DNA of 63,314 bases, filler included, from Octopus bimaculoides (taxonomy: Eukaryota), in assembly GCF_001194135.2 (NCBI RefSeq). It is 5 parts of 4 records of this genome, joined end to end, with 100 filler letters (N's around TTAATTAATTAA, not from the genome) between each part and the next. Parts side by side here need not be neighbours in the genome. Positions count along the whole stretch, not along the records: positions 38,028 to 43,787 come from NC_068989.1; positions 43,888 to 52,174 come from NC_068994.1; 3 more parts are not named here. The stretch is one strand, 5' to 3'. A program made the position numbers and the translations under genes. Below the pieces are notes generated by a model. The model searched no databases. It saw only the letters and a program-made list of their open reading frames with translations, and was not told the DNA's origin. Shown in pieces: positions 38,030-49,603 of this stretch; the stretch's first letter is position 1; each line of letters opens with the position of its first letter.

Positions 38030-38400
38030 TACAACTGACCAAATCCTTTCTCCCTTCCCCATTTTCACACTACATATGTCAAGATCACCAGCATTCTATC
38101 TCCCACACACAGCCCCTCGTTCTTCGATCACCGTTTGTTATCTCCCCCTTTTCTTAGCTCTCCTGAAAAAAGAATTTCTAACTTCCGGTCAGCCATTATT
38201 ATGATTGACCGTTGACTGAACACTATTCAATTTTTTTTCTCCGTGTTTTTCTCCTTGTCTCCGTATTCTTTCTGTTGAAGAGCGTAGCTCGAAACGTCAA
38301 AGACTTTCCGTATTCCCGAGCGTCATACTAATACATCCTTTTGTTATTTACACCACCTGTCCTCGTCTGTTGTTGTTTTTTCGTACATTCTCCCATATAT
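38030..38400 (+). mobile_element. PLE-associated 3' tail (pseudo-LTR-like) carrying a hammerhead motif
   Basis: Pyrimidine-rich tail containing ctgttgaagagcgtagctcgaaacgtc, the CTGANGA-A-stem-GAAACGTC pattern typical of PLE ends. Confidence 0.5.
38267..38303 (+). ncRNA. Minimal type-I hammerhead ribozyme-like motif (PLE type)
   Basis: Stem I TCTTT/AAAGA; core CTGTTGA-A (A6>U); stem II GAGC-GTA-GCTC; GAA; palindromic ACGU followed by C17 (GUC site). Confidence 0.55.
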
Positions 38401-38580
38401 ATATTCCCTCCTATTTTTTTTTAATTATTTGGAGTCTTCATGTCAAGAAAGAGCTGGTTTCTAGCAAAAATACAAAACTCCATGGTTGTCTTGTTGATAA
38501 TAAAAACAATGTCACATTTTGAATTCGGGCAAGTCTTGCATGTATGTATGTATGTATGTATGTATGTATGTATGTATGTA

Positions 38581-39420
38581 TGCAAACAATTCGTATAAGA
38601 GCTTTATAGTTGTCTTAGAGGTTGGTCTATAACACCTGCAAACCTCCGGCGAATTGGTATATCTATCTACTACGATTAGGTAGTAAGCACCGTTTACCAG
38701 TCCGGCATAGTCAATGTGTAACCTTGACCATGGGTTCTCCGTCTCTGATCACGATTGATATTTTCCGGTGGGACTTTGGCCGCGAGCACGCAACCTCGGC
38801 GCGTTCTCACCAAGTTTTCGATATCTAGGTCTATAGACGGCGAATAGTCACAAATCCTCATCAAAGCCTTCGTCCTAGCCATTCCTGGATGTCCGCTGCG
38901 AAGTTGTTGTAATACACCTTTTTGTAATGTAGTTGGAAGTACCACGCTTTGAGCATACATCAGAATATTGTCGCAAATTGAAAAACTACTGGCATCTGAA
39001 TTTTTATTCTGTTTATCTTTTATTTTCGTAATATATTCTTTTATTTTCGTAATATATTCTTTTATTTTCGTAATATATTCGTTACCTACAGCTTTCATTC
39101 TTGTATCCTGTACCGACTCTAGTAGTTCTTGGATAAAGTTCGTCATAACAGTTTTAATTTCACTTTTTGCCTGCAGTAAGGCTGGTGGCTCCATATTTTT
39201 TGGAATTAATCTCGGAAGGCAGTGCGCATGACCGATATTTTCGATGGAACGTATTGCATTTTGAAATTATAATTTAGTAACATTACACCCCGACATTGCA
39301 GTATGAGTCGGTAACCCCTTTTTTTAGACTGATAAATCGACAGCAAAGGTCTATGGTCTGTTTGCAATTTTAAAAAATCTTGTCATGCAGAAACCTGTGA
39401 TTTTTTAACTGCAAAAATAA
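38581..39420 (-). mobile_element. Ty3/gypsy pol fragment (RNase H to integrase N-terminus), inverted
   Basis: Minus-strand FAVKK..LQTDHRPLLSIY.SKKG, FKMQYVPSKNIGHA..LPRLIP, VVLPTTLQKGVLQQLRSGHPGMARTKALMR..DIENLVRTRRGCVLAAK (HHCC relic), PWSRLHIDYAGLVNGAYYLIVVD and LLYELFA. Includes a 21 bp x3 duplication (EYITKIK). Confidence 0.9.
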
Positions 39421-39424
39421 TTGT

Positions 39425-39909
39425 TAGGGGCGCCAATCCAAGTACAAATTCAGGGAAGTCTCCCGCAGAATTGATGTTCGCAAGAAGAATAAAATCCATT
39501 TTTGATAAGCTGTTACCAGAGAAAAAATGACGTTAAGGAAATACGAAAGAGCCAACGAAATACGTTGAGAGAGGTGATAAAGTGTAATTCAAAACCTAAA
39601 GAAGACTAGGAAGATGGTCTTGGTACCAGATAAATTGGAAGTATGATGTATCAAATTAAAGGGTCACACGGTGAACATAAGAAACATATAAACCAACTAA
39701 GGAAGAGGCACACCCAAGATTAGGAAGAAATTCCCATGGAAGTATTCAGTGAAATATTTGATGTACCGGCATCCTGTAGAACCAGCATGAGAAAAAGAAA
39801 GCAGATCGAACACCTTGAGATAATGCCCAAGCGAAAGAGATACTAAAAAGAAATATTAATATTAAAAAAATTTCTATTCCTTTGGAACACGAAATCTCAA
39901 AAGGGGAGA
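39425..39909 (+). mobile_element. Ty3/gypsy integrase C-terminus and polypurine tract
   Basis: PNPSTNSGKSPAELMFARRIKSIFDKLLP, GDKV, HINQLRKRH, PKRKRY*; PPT aaaaggggaga at 39899-39909. Confidence 0.85.
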
Positions 39910-40421
39910 TGTTGTACGAGAGTACAACGCCCCCTGGCGAGAATGGACTGGAGCCCTGCATATAAATAGCTGCGGTCTGAGTAAGTGAAGTAACTCAAAT
40001 GTTAGATATGTAAATGCTTAATTAAGCGGAGTAAAAAAAAAAGGACGAAGTAAACGATTCAACGCAGGAACGTGGTTGATGGGGTCAAACCCATTCCGCG
40101 TCCATTCATTTTTGTTTCATTTTCATCCGAAATTATAATGTATTTATTCATATATGTAATGTCATTCGATAAGACCCTGACCCGATTTGTTTAACCCTTG
40201 TGGTTTGAATAAAATCATCGTGCTAGTTCCACAGTTCGTGTGTTGATAGTTCAAAGCTGGTGTTCAAATTTTACAGATCGGGTTAGCGTGTTAGATTGTT
40301 GGTTCTTAAGATTGTTGGTTCTTAAGATTGTTGTTACGTTACGTGTAGTTACTGCCGTTTGTTTCGATTATATTGTTATTATACTGTTGCAGTGTATTCG
40401 TTTTTTCGTAAGGATATAACA
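39910..40421 (+). mobile_element. Ty3/gypsy 3' LTR (512 bp)
   Basis: Follows the PPT. Termini TGTTGTA...TATAACA; TATAAATA at 39961; AATAAA at 40208. Confidence 0.8.
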
Positions 40422-40854
40422 GTATGTATGTATGTATGTATGTATGTATGTATAGGTGAGCTTCGTCCTACTCTTTTTTTTTAGTCGCATCATATAGTCG
40501 ATAGAAGGATCATCACGGGTTTTTCCCTTGAACCGAAGTAGATCTTGGTTTAGATGCAAAGACTGAGTGAAGAGAAAAGACTACTTACGTCACTATAAAT
40601 AACATAAAGGTATTTTAGTACTGCTTGCGTTGGTGTTGGAATTGGTGTTGTCATATGAATAACATCCATGATATTAAAAGCGAAATTTCGCGTGGTATAA
40701 TTTTCTAACCCGGTCTGATGAAAGCTACGTTGGTATGTAAAAGTGTTTTGTTTTATTTATAACAGAAGAAACAGTTACTAATTTAGAGTAGAGGAGTCGG
40801 CATAGTAGTAGAAAATGTACGAAACGGCTTATTTAAATGGTCCTCTACTCCATC

Positions 40855-41593
40855 TGAATTTAGGAGTGGAAGGGAGAGTCTTGAAGAAGATCAAAGATTT
40901 GAAAGTGTTGTAACTACTACCATTGAGGAAAACATAGGTTGTGTTTACCACATGGTGGTGGATGATAGGAGAGTGACTATAAATCAAATAGTCGATACTG
41001 TTAGCATTTCCGTGACAGTTGAGAATATTCTGCACAATGAACTTGGCATGACGAAAGTTTCTGCTCGGTGGGCGCCACATCTACCGACACATAATCGGAA
41101 GCGTACCAAGCTGATCACATTATAGGAAAATCTGACATTGTTTCAGGGAGATCCAGCTGATTTCTTTGAATGTTTCCTCACCCAGGATGAGAGTTGGGTT
41201 CATCCCTGCAGTGGAAACACTCCCATCTCCTGCTCCAAAGAAGAACAAGGACGTTACATTTGCAGAGAAGGTGATGACCTCAGTTTTTTGGGAGAAGCAA
41301 AAGGCATTACCGTCCTTATTTTCTTGATTTGACCCCACATATCATCTGTTCCCCAACATGGAAAAACACTTGGCTGGGAACTAGTATCGCATTGATGATG
41401 ACGTCATGTCTGCTGTTGATGACTTTTTAGAGCAAGAGGATGAAAACTTCTTCACAAATAGGATTCAAGCACTGCAATACCGATGGAAGAAATGTGTGGA
41501 CTGCAAAGTGGACTATGCTGAAAAATAAAGCTCATTTAGTCACATTCCATGAGAGTATCTTAGTTAGCCTATGAACTTTTCAGCCGACTCTCA
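40855..41593 (+). mobile_element. Mariner transposase relic with internal deletion and right TIR
   Basis: EFRSGRESLEED..RRVTINQI..NELGMTKVSARWAPHL, FLTQDESWVH, KVMTSVFWEAKGI, YHLFPNM, RW KKCVD..DY.EK*. TIR gcctatgaacttttcagccgactctca|TA. Confidence 0.9.
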
Positions 41594-42339
41594 TATATTT
41601 ATAGTTGAGAAGACAAGCGTTTAAAAAGCGTATATGTGTATATGTACATTTATGTGCGCGTGCATACGAATATATACATATATACATACACATATATATA
41701 TATATATATACATACATAATGTGTGTGTGTGTGCGTCATTCCTCAGTTTTTGTTGAAAGATCGAAGACATGAAACAAGGAGTCATGAAATTTTGCGCCTT
41801 AGCTTTAACAAATATATTTTTACTTAGAAGTTTACGTAGATATCTACATTGTTCAACTTAGAGTATTTCCTATCCTTTTGTAGAAAATATTACTTAAATC
41901 TTATATTTAAGAAAATTTTGGGAGATGAGATGGAAAAAATATTTTCGATAACAGAAAAACTATGGAGAGACGATAAGCACAATTATCGATTTAAACCAAA
42001 CATCTGATATTATACGAAACGGATAAATGTTTTGTCTTACCCAGATAAGATATAATTTTAATTGTGGAAAAGCAAAAATATCTCTATAATTTAGATATAA
42101 AAGCAAGTTGAAAGATAAACAGATACGCAGACAGACAGGCAATCGGAAGACAGATAGACTGACTGATAGCTAGCTAGCTGGCTAGCTATCGGTTTTTCTG
42201 ATAAACTCTTTTGCAATTTCCCATCTTCTCTATCATTTAGTCGTAAGAATATGTCTTGGAAAGTTTTATGTCTCACCCATCCCCCCACCCTTTCTCCCTT
42301 AATCTTAGGACAAATGTGGATAGAAGATTCTGACACTCT

Positions 42340-42900
42340 CTAGATAATCATTTTCCTAGAACACATAGATACAGTAAAATCTTTAAGACACACGATTAAA
42401 ATTGCCTTTTCTTACCCCGCCCCCAAATGTTAAGACATATATCAATAAGCAACACACGATTAAAGCCTGCCCATTATGCATGTGGAGAGGCAAATGTAAA
42501 TATCCTTTAGGGCAGAAATGCTTATGAGGCAAAGGTGTCAGCAAACTATGACGACGGTCGAACAGAAATTTAGCGTTACATCGGAGCCGTAGAAAGAAAT
42601 TTTAAATCCAGATATAACTATTTCTGACTTTTAAGCACCGTTATAAGAGACATTCAACCACACTTTTGGTTTTAATCTAGAAACTTAAAGATGGGGGGGA
42701 TCAACTACGACATCAAATGGAAAATCCTTTCCAAAACCAGATTCTGTATTAATGGGTCCAAAAGATGCTCAATATGTTCTCTTGAAAAATCTCTTAACGA
42801 ACTTGTGAACCTCCAGTAACTACGTAAATTCCAAGAACGAGATTTTTTCTTTATGTCCTCATTTTAAGAAATACATCTTGATGGAATTTTAAAATAGGCC
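42340..42900 (+). mobile_element. Penelope-like element 3' fragment (GIY-YIG endonuclease)
   Basis: KIAFS..NVKTYINKQH, CKYPLGQKCL, YIGAVERNFKSRYN, INYDIKWKILSK..GSKRCSICSLEK, NSKNEIFSLCPHFKKY. Confidence 0.85.
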
Positions 42901-43787
42901 ATCAGACATATAGCAAAACATTGATATCTTGTTTACGTCTTTTTTACTTTGTTTGTTGTTTCGTTGGTTATCTCCTATGTGTTTTTCTTCTTGTCTTCTT
43001 TCTTATTAGCATTCCTTTTTCAAACGTCATCTGCTTAAAAAGCAACTGACAAATGGTCTTGATCTCAACTTGAAAAATGGCGAAATAAACTGATGTTTCG
43101 ACTGGGAAACCCTGAGTAGCTGTATTTCGTAAGACTTGCGGTTTTATTATAACATTATCATTACTCTCTTAGCTGATCGAGTGTTGTTCTACTTAATGAA
43201 GCCTTACTACATAAAATGATTGTGTGTGCATGCATGTGTGCGCGTGTGTATGTGTGTATGTGTGTATGTGTGTTTGTATATACACAGACGCAGACGAGAA
43301 AGTGAAAAGAGACGTTAGTGTTATGAAACAAAAGAAAAAGTATGCAGTACCAGAAAATAGATTATAGAATTCGGCGTAAAGCTAATACTTGTCATACTGT
43401 GAAACTATGGGCTTACTGTCAGATCTTTCGCCCATTGAATGAATATTGGCAACTCACTCTGCTAACTAGAAACTTAGAGTATCGACATGGCAACTTGACT
43501 GTAATTTACATACTACATGATAAATGTATTTGATAAGTGGATATATACGTGTGTCTGTGCTTGTGCTGTTTGTGACGTGGCTCTTTAGGCCCGGATTTCA
43601 GCAGTTCAAGAAATTGTGCTCTAAACATAAACTGATTGAAATAATTACTGTAGTTAATATGACAGTTAAAACCATGGATATGAGAAACCAGAATAGACAC
43701 AGTTCAATGACAGAAATTAGTGAAGGAGCAGAAGACAATGAATCCATAAAACATACACATAGACATATATATATATATATATATATA

Positions 43788-43887
43788 NNNNNNNNNNNNN
43801 NNNNNNNNNNNNNNNNNNNNNNNNNNNNNNNTTAATTAATTAANNNNNNNNNNNNNNNNNNNNNNNNNNNNNNNNNNNNNNNNNNNN
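43788..43887. other. Artificial scaffold spacer 44N-TTAATTAATTAA-44N
   Basis: Same 100 bp structure as 29757-29856. Confidence 0.97.
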
Positions 43888-44012
43888 AGTTGTAGTAGTG
43901 GTAGTTGTGGTGGTGGTGGTTGTGGTAGTGGTAGTTGTAGTAGTGGTAGTTGTGGTGGTGGTGGTTGTGGTAGTGGTAGTTGTAGTAGTGGTAGTTGTGG
44001 TGGTGGTGGTGA
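43888..44012. repeat. 45 bp higher-order minisatellite (~2.8 units) built from GTN triplets
   Basis: Unit agttgtagtagtggtagttgtggtggtggtggttgtggtagtggt is repeated. Confidence 0.9.
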
Positions 44013-44084
44013 TACTGTTTCGGTCTTAGTGACATTAGTGCTGTTGTGACGGTAGTGATTGTGAGTGATTTGTTGTGGATGCGT

Positions 44085-44580
44085 AACCCTTGGTCATCCC
44101 ATAATCAAAGACACTCTTAGCATGACCATTCCGTCGTTTTCTGTTCTTTTTAGCAGACGTACTAAACCCATCGAGGAATACATTATCTAACGCGTCCTTT
44201 CCCTAATCCAGTCGGATGAGATAAGAGGGAAATTTGGATGTTATTTTTAGCAGGTCGAGTAACTCAAATCAGTAGAGGTATCTTCAACGTTGTTGATGTT
44301 ATTGTTTAGCCCTAGGTCATCCCTGATCAGGTATACCTATGATCAAAGGCGTTCCAACCATTTCCATCTTTTTTTTCTTTCCAGTAGACTGCATAATTTA
44401 AGGTTCCTTTTCCATATTTCATACAAGATGTGATGAGATTTGGTTGCTATTTTTAGCAGGTCGATCAAGCAGGCAGAGATTCCTTCCTCGTTGGTGATAC
44501 CATTGTTTAACCCTAGGTCAGCCTTGATCGAGCAGACTATGATCAAAAGCGTTCTAGCCATGACCATTCCAATTTTTTTC
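44085..44580 (-). mobile_element. Three tandem copies of repeat family E
   Basis: Repeated blocks ccctaggtca.cc.tgatc..g...ac.tatgatcaaa.gcgttc.a.ccat and atttgg.tg.tatttttagcaggtcga. Other pieces at 29535-29680 (plus), 37410-37530 (plus) and 50505-50545 (minus). Confidence 0.75.
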
Positions 44581-45332
44581 TATTTGCACATATACTCGGA
44601 CCGATATCCAACTTTGTCAAACCCTAAGATAATTGGGTGTGAGTGGAAGGACACTTGACTGCTATGTCTAGCAAGTCGATCGACCACGGGCGGTCGTTAT
44701 CCCGGGTAGTGGTGGTAGTAGTATTAGTGGTGCTGATATGTTGCGGCTGATAATGTCTGAAGGGGCCAAGGGGTAGCAGTGATTGCAGCTTCGGTGCTAG
44801 CGCGAGTGGTGTTGTNNNNNNNNNNNNNNNNNNNNNNNNNNNNNNNNNNNNNNNNNNNNNNNNNNNNNNNNNNNNNNNNNNNNNNNNNNNNNNNNNNNNN
44901 NNNNNNNNNNNNNNNNNNNNNNNNNNNNNNNNNNNNNNNNNNNNNNNNNNNNNNNNNNNNNNNNNNNNNNNNNNNNNNNNNNNNNNNNNNNNNNNNNNNN
45001 NNNNNNNNNNNNNNNNNNNNNNNNNNNNNNNNNNNNNNNNNNNNNNNNNNNNNNNNNNNNNNNNNNNNNNNNNNNNNNNNNNNNNNNNNNNNNNNNNGAT
45101 CATGATGATGGTGCTGCTGTGGTCACGTGGTGCAGGATTAGCAAGGTAAATAGGAAATGGAGAGGGTGATGTAACCGGAAGAGGATAGAAGGGAAGTGGG
45201 GTGAGCAAAGAGGAATAATATGAAGATGTTCGAGGTGGTGAAGGAGAGAGAGAGGGGGGAGAAGGAAAATAGAGTGTGGAAAAAGAGGCAGAGAGAAAAG
45301 GGGAGATAACGAGAGAGAGAGAGAGAGAAGGT

Positions 45333-45367
<35 letters not shown>

Positions 45368-45406
45368 GGACAGAGAGAGAAATAATGGTGAGAGAGAGAG
45401 AGAGAG

Positions 45407-45490
45407 AATGGAAAAGAAAAAGAATGGAAAAGAAAAAGAATGGAAAAGAAAAAGAATGGAAAAGAAAAAGAATGGAAAAGAAAAAGAATG
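45407..45490. repeat. 16 bp tandem repeat (aatggaaaagaaaaag) x5
   Basis: Direct inspection; followed by a ~28 bp duplication gtgtgaccatatgtgtgcgagtgtatat. Confidence 0.9.
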
Positions 45491-45574
45491 GTGTGTGTGA
45501 CCATATGTGTGCGAGTGTATATGAGTGTGTGACCATATGTGTGCGAGTGTATATGAGTGTGTGTGTGTGTGTGT

Positions 45575-45646
<72 letters not shown>

Positions 45647-46187
45647 TTGTGAGAGAGTAAAGCAAGAAAGGTCTTTCAGAAAGGGAGAACGAAGGTGGGG
45701 AGAGGGATGAGGGAAAGAAGGCTTGAATGGACAGGAAGTGAAATTCTTCTATACGAAGGAGAGGAAGATGAGGACAGGGCGGAGGGGCATTTGTGTTAGG
45801 TGATGGTGGCGGTGGTGATGGCTGTGGTAGTAGTAGTAGTAGTAAAGATTGTCTGAAGGAAACTACACTGCTCAGAGGGACNNNNNNNNNNAAAAAATGA
45901 ACAGAGAAAAGTGATAGAAGGGGAGTGAGAAGAAAGAGCGGGGAGAAGTGAGAGGAGAAGGGAAAAGGTGGGAAAAGACTGGATGGGAAGAGAGGGAAGA
46001 AGAAAAAGAGAGAAAGAAAAATGTCAGCCACAACAATGGCTGCAAGAAATGGTGAAGAGAAAGATTTTTAAAAATTTAAGATGTCGCTCTTCACATAAAC
46101 ACGAACAACGGTTTGGGCTGACCAAAGCCTTGTGAGTGGATTTGGTAGACGGAAACTGAAAGAAGTCGTATATATATGTATATATAT

Positions 46188-46400
46188 ATAAACAAATAAT
46201 AAATGAGTATATGCATATATACGTACAGGTATGTGCATACCTACGTCTACCTGTATATATAGGTGCATATCTGGGTACAGGACATTGCAAACAAAACGTA
46301 GACAAGAATATAACAACAGCCAGAGTACAGAAAACACACAAGCCACATAGAGAACATTTTCCTTCATCAGCTACCCCCGTTTTAACACCGGCGTTTCGAA
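46188..46400 (-). mobile_element. Young non-autonomous repeat (possibly PLE-derived), copy 1
   Basis: About 90% identical in inverted orientation to 63108-63294; inserted between a family B tail and a family D copy. Confidence 0.85.
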
Positions 46401-47398
46401 GTGTGTGTGTGTGTGTGTTTACGTAACATAGCGGTTCGCCAAAAGAAACAGATAGAATAAGTACTAGGCTTACAAAGAATAAGTCCTGGGGTCGATTTGC
46501 TCGACTAATGGGCGCAGTCAAATGACTGAGACAAGTAAAAGAATAAAACGAACACATATGATGTATACACAGACACGTACAGACACACGTACACATATAT
46601 ACAGAATATGTCTACATCTACAGACGCACAGAGTTAGTCTCCAACTCCGCATATCTGAGGATGTGACCATGTTCTGCGCCTTGGAAACTTTCATGGAGGA
46701 CTGAGTCAAACTGTTTTATATATATNNNNNNNNNNNNNNNNNNNNNNNNNNNNNNNNNNNNNNNNNNNNNNNNNNNNNNNNNNNNNNNNNNNNNNNNNNN
46801 NNNNNNNNNNNNNNNNNNNNNNNNNNNNNNNNNNNNNNNNNNNNNNNNNNNNNNNNNNNNNNNNNNNNNNNNNNNNNNNNNNNNNNNNNNNNNNNNNNNN
46901 NNNNNNNNNNNNNNNNNNNNNNNNNNNNNNNNNNNNNNNNNNNNNNNNNNNNNNNNNNNNNNNNNNNNNNNNNNNNNNNNNNNNNNNNNNNNNNNNNNNN
47001 NNNNNNNNNNNNNNNNNNNNNNNNNNNNNNNNNNNNNNNNNNNNNNNNNNNNNNNNNNNNNNNNNNNNNNNNNNNNNNNNNNNNNNNNNNNNNNNNNNNN
47101 NNNNNNNNNNNNNNNNNNNNNNNNNNNNNNNNNNNNNNNNNNNNNNNNNNNNNNNNNNNNNNNNNNNNNNNNNNNNNNNNNNNNNNNNNNNNNNNNNNNN
47201 NNNNNNNNNNNNNNNNNNCGAGTGTCACACAGAATATATATTCTCGCCTGCACTAAGTACTGGGTATTTTCTTTCTAGTCCGTTATTTTTAAACAATCTA
47301 TGCATGCATATCACACACACACACGTATGTAGGCAGCCTGATAAATAGTATATAAAAGATTGATAAATAGACATGGATACAGATGTGTTTATGTATAT

Positions 47399-47443
<45 letters not shown>

Positions 47444-49339
47444 CATATACAGACAGAGACAGAACTTCATAGAGATATGTAAATGATAAGAACAAAACGA
47501 TTAAACATGAGAAGAAAAAACAAAACAAATGCAATCATAGAAGGTATAAAAAGACAAAGACGAAAGAAAAAGGAAAAAAGAAAAAAGAAAGAGAGAGAGA
47601 GATGAAGGATGGGTTTGGTTTGGTTTGGCAAAATATGGAGGCAGTGGTGATGATGATGGTGAAGTTGTTAGCAGTAGGATTAGACTATGGAAGAGTGTAT
47701 AAAGTTTCTTGTGTTGTTTGATAGTCTGCCAGAGACAAGAATAGCCAGTTCCTTAAAGGAAAAAAAAAGGAAAAAGAAACTAGAGAAACACACGCTCATT
47801 CGAATACACACACTTAGACAAATAGACACACACACCAATGTGTGGGTGTGTGTGCTTGTGTATGTATGTGTATATATATCTATATGTATATATATATATA
47901 TNNNNNNNNNNNNNNNNNNNNNNNNNNNNNNNNNNNNNNNNNNNNNNNNNNNNNNNNNNNNNNNNNNNNNNNNNNNNNNNNNNNNNNNNNNNNNNNNNNN
48001 NNNNNNNNNNNNNNNNNNNNNNNNNNNNNNNNNNNNNNNNNNNNNNNNNNNNNNNNNNNNNNNNNNNNNNNNNNNNNNNNNNNNNNNNNNNNNNNNNNNN
48101 NNNNNNNNNNNNNNNNNNNNNNNNNNNNNNNNNNNNNNNNNNNNNNNNNNNNNNNNNNNNNNNNNNNNNNNNNNNNNNNNNNNNNNNNNNNNNNNNNNNN
48201 NNNNNNNNNNNNNNNNNNNNNNNNNNNNNNNNNNNNNNNNNNNNNNNNNNNNNNNNNNNNNNNNNNNNNNNNNNNNNNNNNNNNNNNNNNNNNNNNNNNN
48301 NNNNNNNNNNNNNNNNNNNNNNNNNNNNNNNNNNNNNNNNNNNNNNNNNNNNNNNNNNNNNNNNNNNNNNNNNNNNNNNNNNNNNNNNNNNNNNNNNNNN
48401 NNNNNNNNNNNNNNNNNNNNNNNNNNNNNNNNNNNNNNNNNNNNNNNNNNNNNNNNNNNNNNNNNNNNNNNNNNNNNNNNNNNNNNNNNNNNNNNNNNNN
48501 NNNNNNNNNNNNNNNNNNNNNNNNNNNNNNNNNNNNNNNNNNNNNNNNNNNNNNNNNNNNNNNNNNNNNNNNNNNNNNNNNNNNNNNNNNNNNNNNNNNN
48601 NNNNNNNNNNNNNNNNNNNNNNNNNNNNNNNNNNNNNNNNNNNNNNNNNNNNNNNNNNNNNNNNNNNNNNNNNNNNNNNNNNNNNNNNNNNNNNNNNNNN
48701 NNNNNNNNNNNNNNNNNNNNNNNNNNNNNNNNNNNNNNNNNNNNNNNNNNNNNNNNAGTTAAATGCAAACACGAATTTATCGCTTTTATAGAATCGCAGC
48801 CAAAAAGTGCTCCAGCCTGATGTTGTACTCTTATTGTTGGTTCACATTGTGCTTTCAAATCTTCATATATTAAATTATGCATCACCCCCCACCATACACA
48901 CACACATATACAAATTAAACTGAGAATGTAAATTTTAATTTTAAGTGCCCATTTTAGATTCACTGTGAAACTTTGACCACATGGATAAACAAATATGTTT
49001 TTAAAAAGGTTTCATTTTAACTAGTTTCGGTAATTATTACCGCTTCATCAGAGATCGATTAATCACTTTTCTGGAGGCAGAAACAATATTAGCTTGTAAT
49101 ACTTCATTGTTTACATAAACTTAGAAACAATTGAATACAACTGTGTAAATTGTACAGCAACGTTAATTAATTAATTATTAGGAGTCCTAATTAGAGTTTT
49201 ATGACACGTACATTCAATCAAGCGTAACAATCAGGCAATGAATCGAATCTTCAAACTGCTTCCTAAACTCTGCCAAACCCATATACACACGCGAACGCAG
49301 GCAAACCTGCTCACGTATTTGTATACAAGTGCAGACGTG

Positions 49340-49562
49340 TATGTCGGATTAACAGAGTCGGTAGAGCGTCGGAAAGAAAAATTACCAGCGGTATTTGATT
49401 CATTCCTGCCCTGTATATTCTGAGTTCAAATCCCACTGAAGTCAACTTAACCTTTCACCCTTCTGGGGTCAATAAAACAGAGTTCTAGTCCAATACCGGG
49501 GCCAACGTAATCAGTTGAGCCTCTTCTATGTAATTTATTGGGATTGTGCCTAAATTAGAAAC

Positions 49563-49565
<3 letters not shown>
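49340..49565 (+). mobile_element. SINE family A, diverged
   Basis: ccagcggtattt..ttctgagttcaaatcccactgaagtcaacttaacctttcacccttctggggtcaataaaa. Confidence 0.75.

Positions 49566-49603
<38 letters not shown>

Noticed and set aside
43400-43460. SDLSPIE motif resembling Tc1 SPDLNPIE
   Set aside because: Only seven residues, with stops on both sides and no TIRs.
43524-43787. ORF with GPCR helix-8-like FQQFKKLC
   Set aside because: No NPxxY or upstream transmembrane exons, and it runs into (AT)n and a scaffold join without a stop.
11714-45490. Short tandem repeats as a possible CRISPR array
   Set aside because: Repeats are contiguous without unique spacers, in a eukaryotic context with no cas genes.
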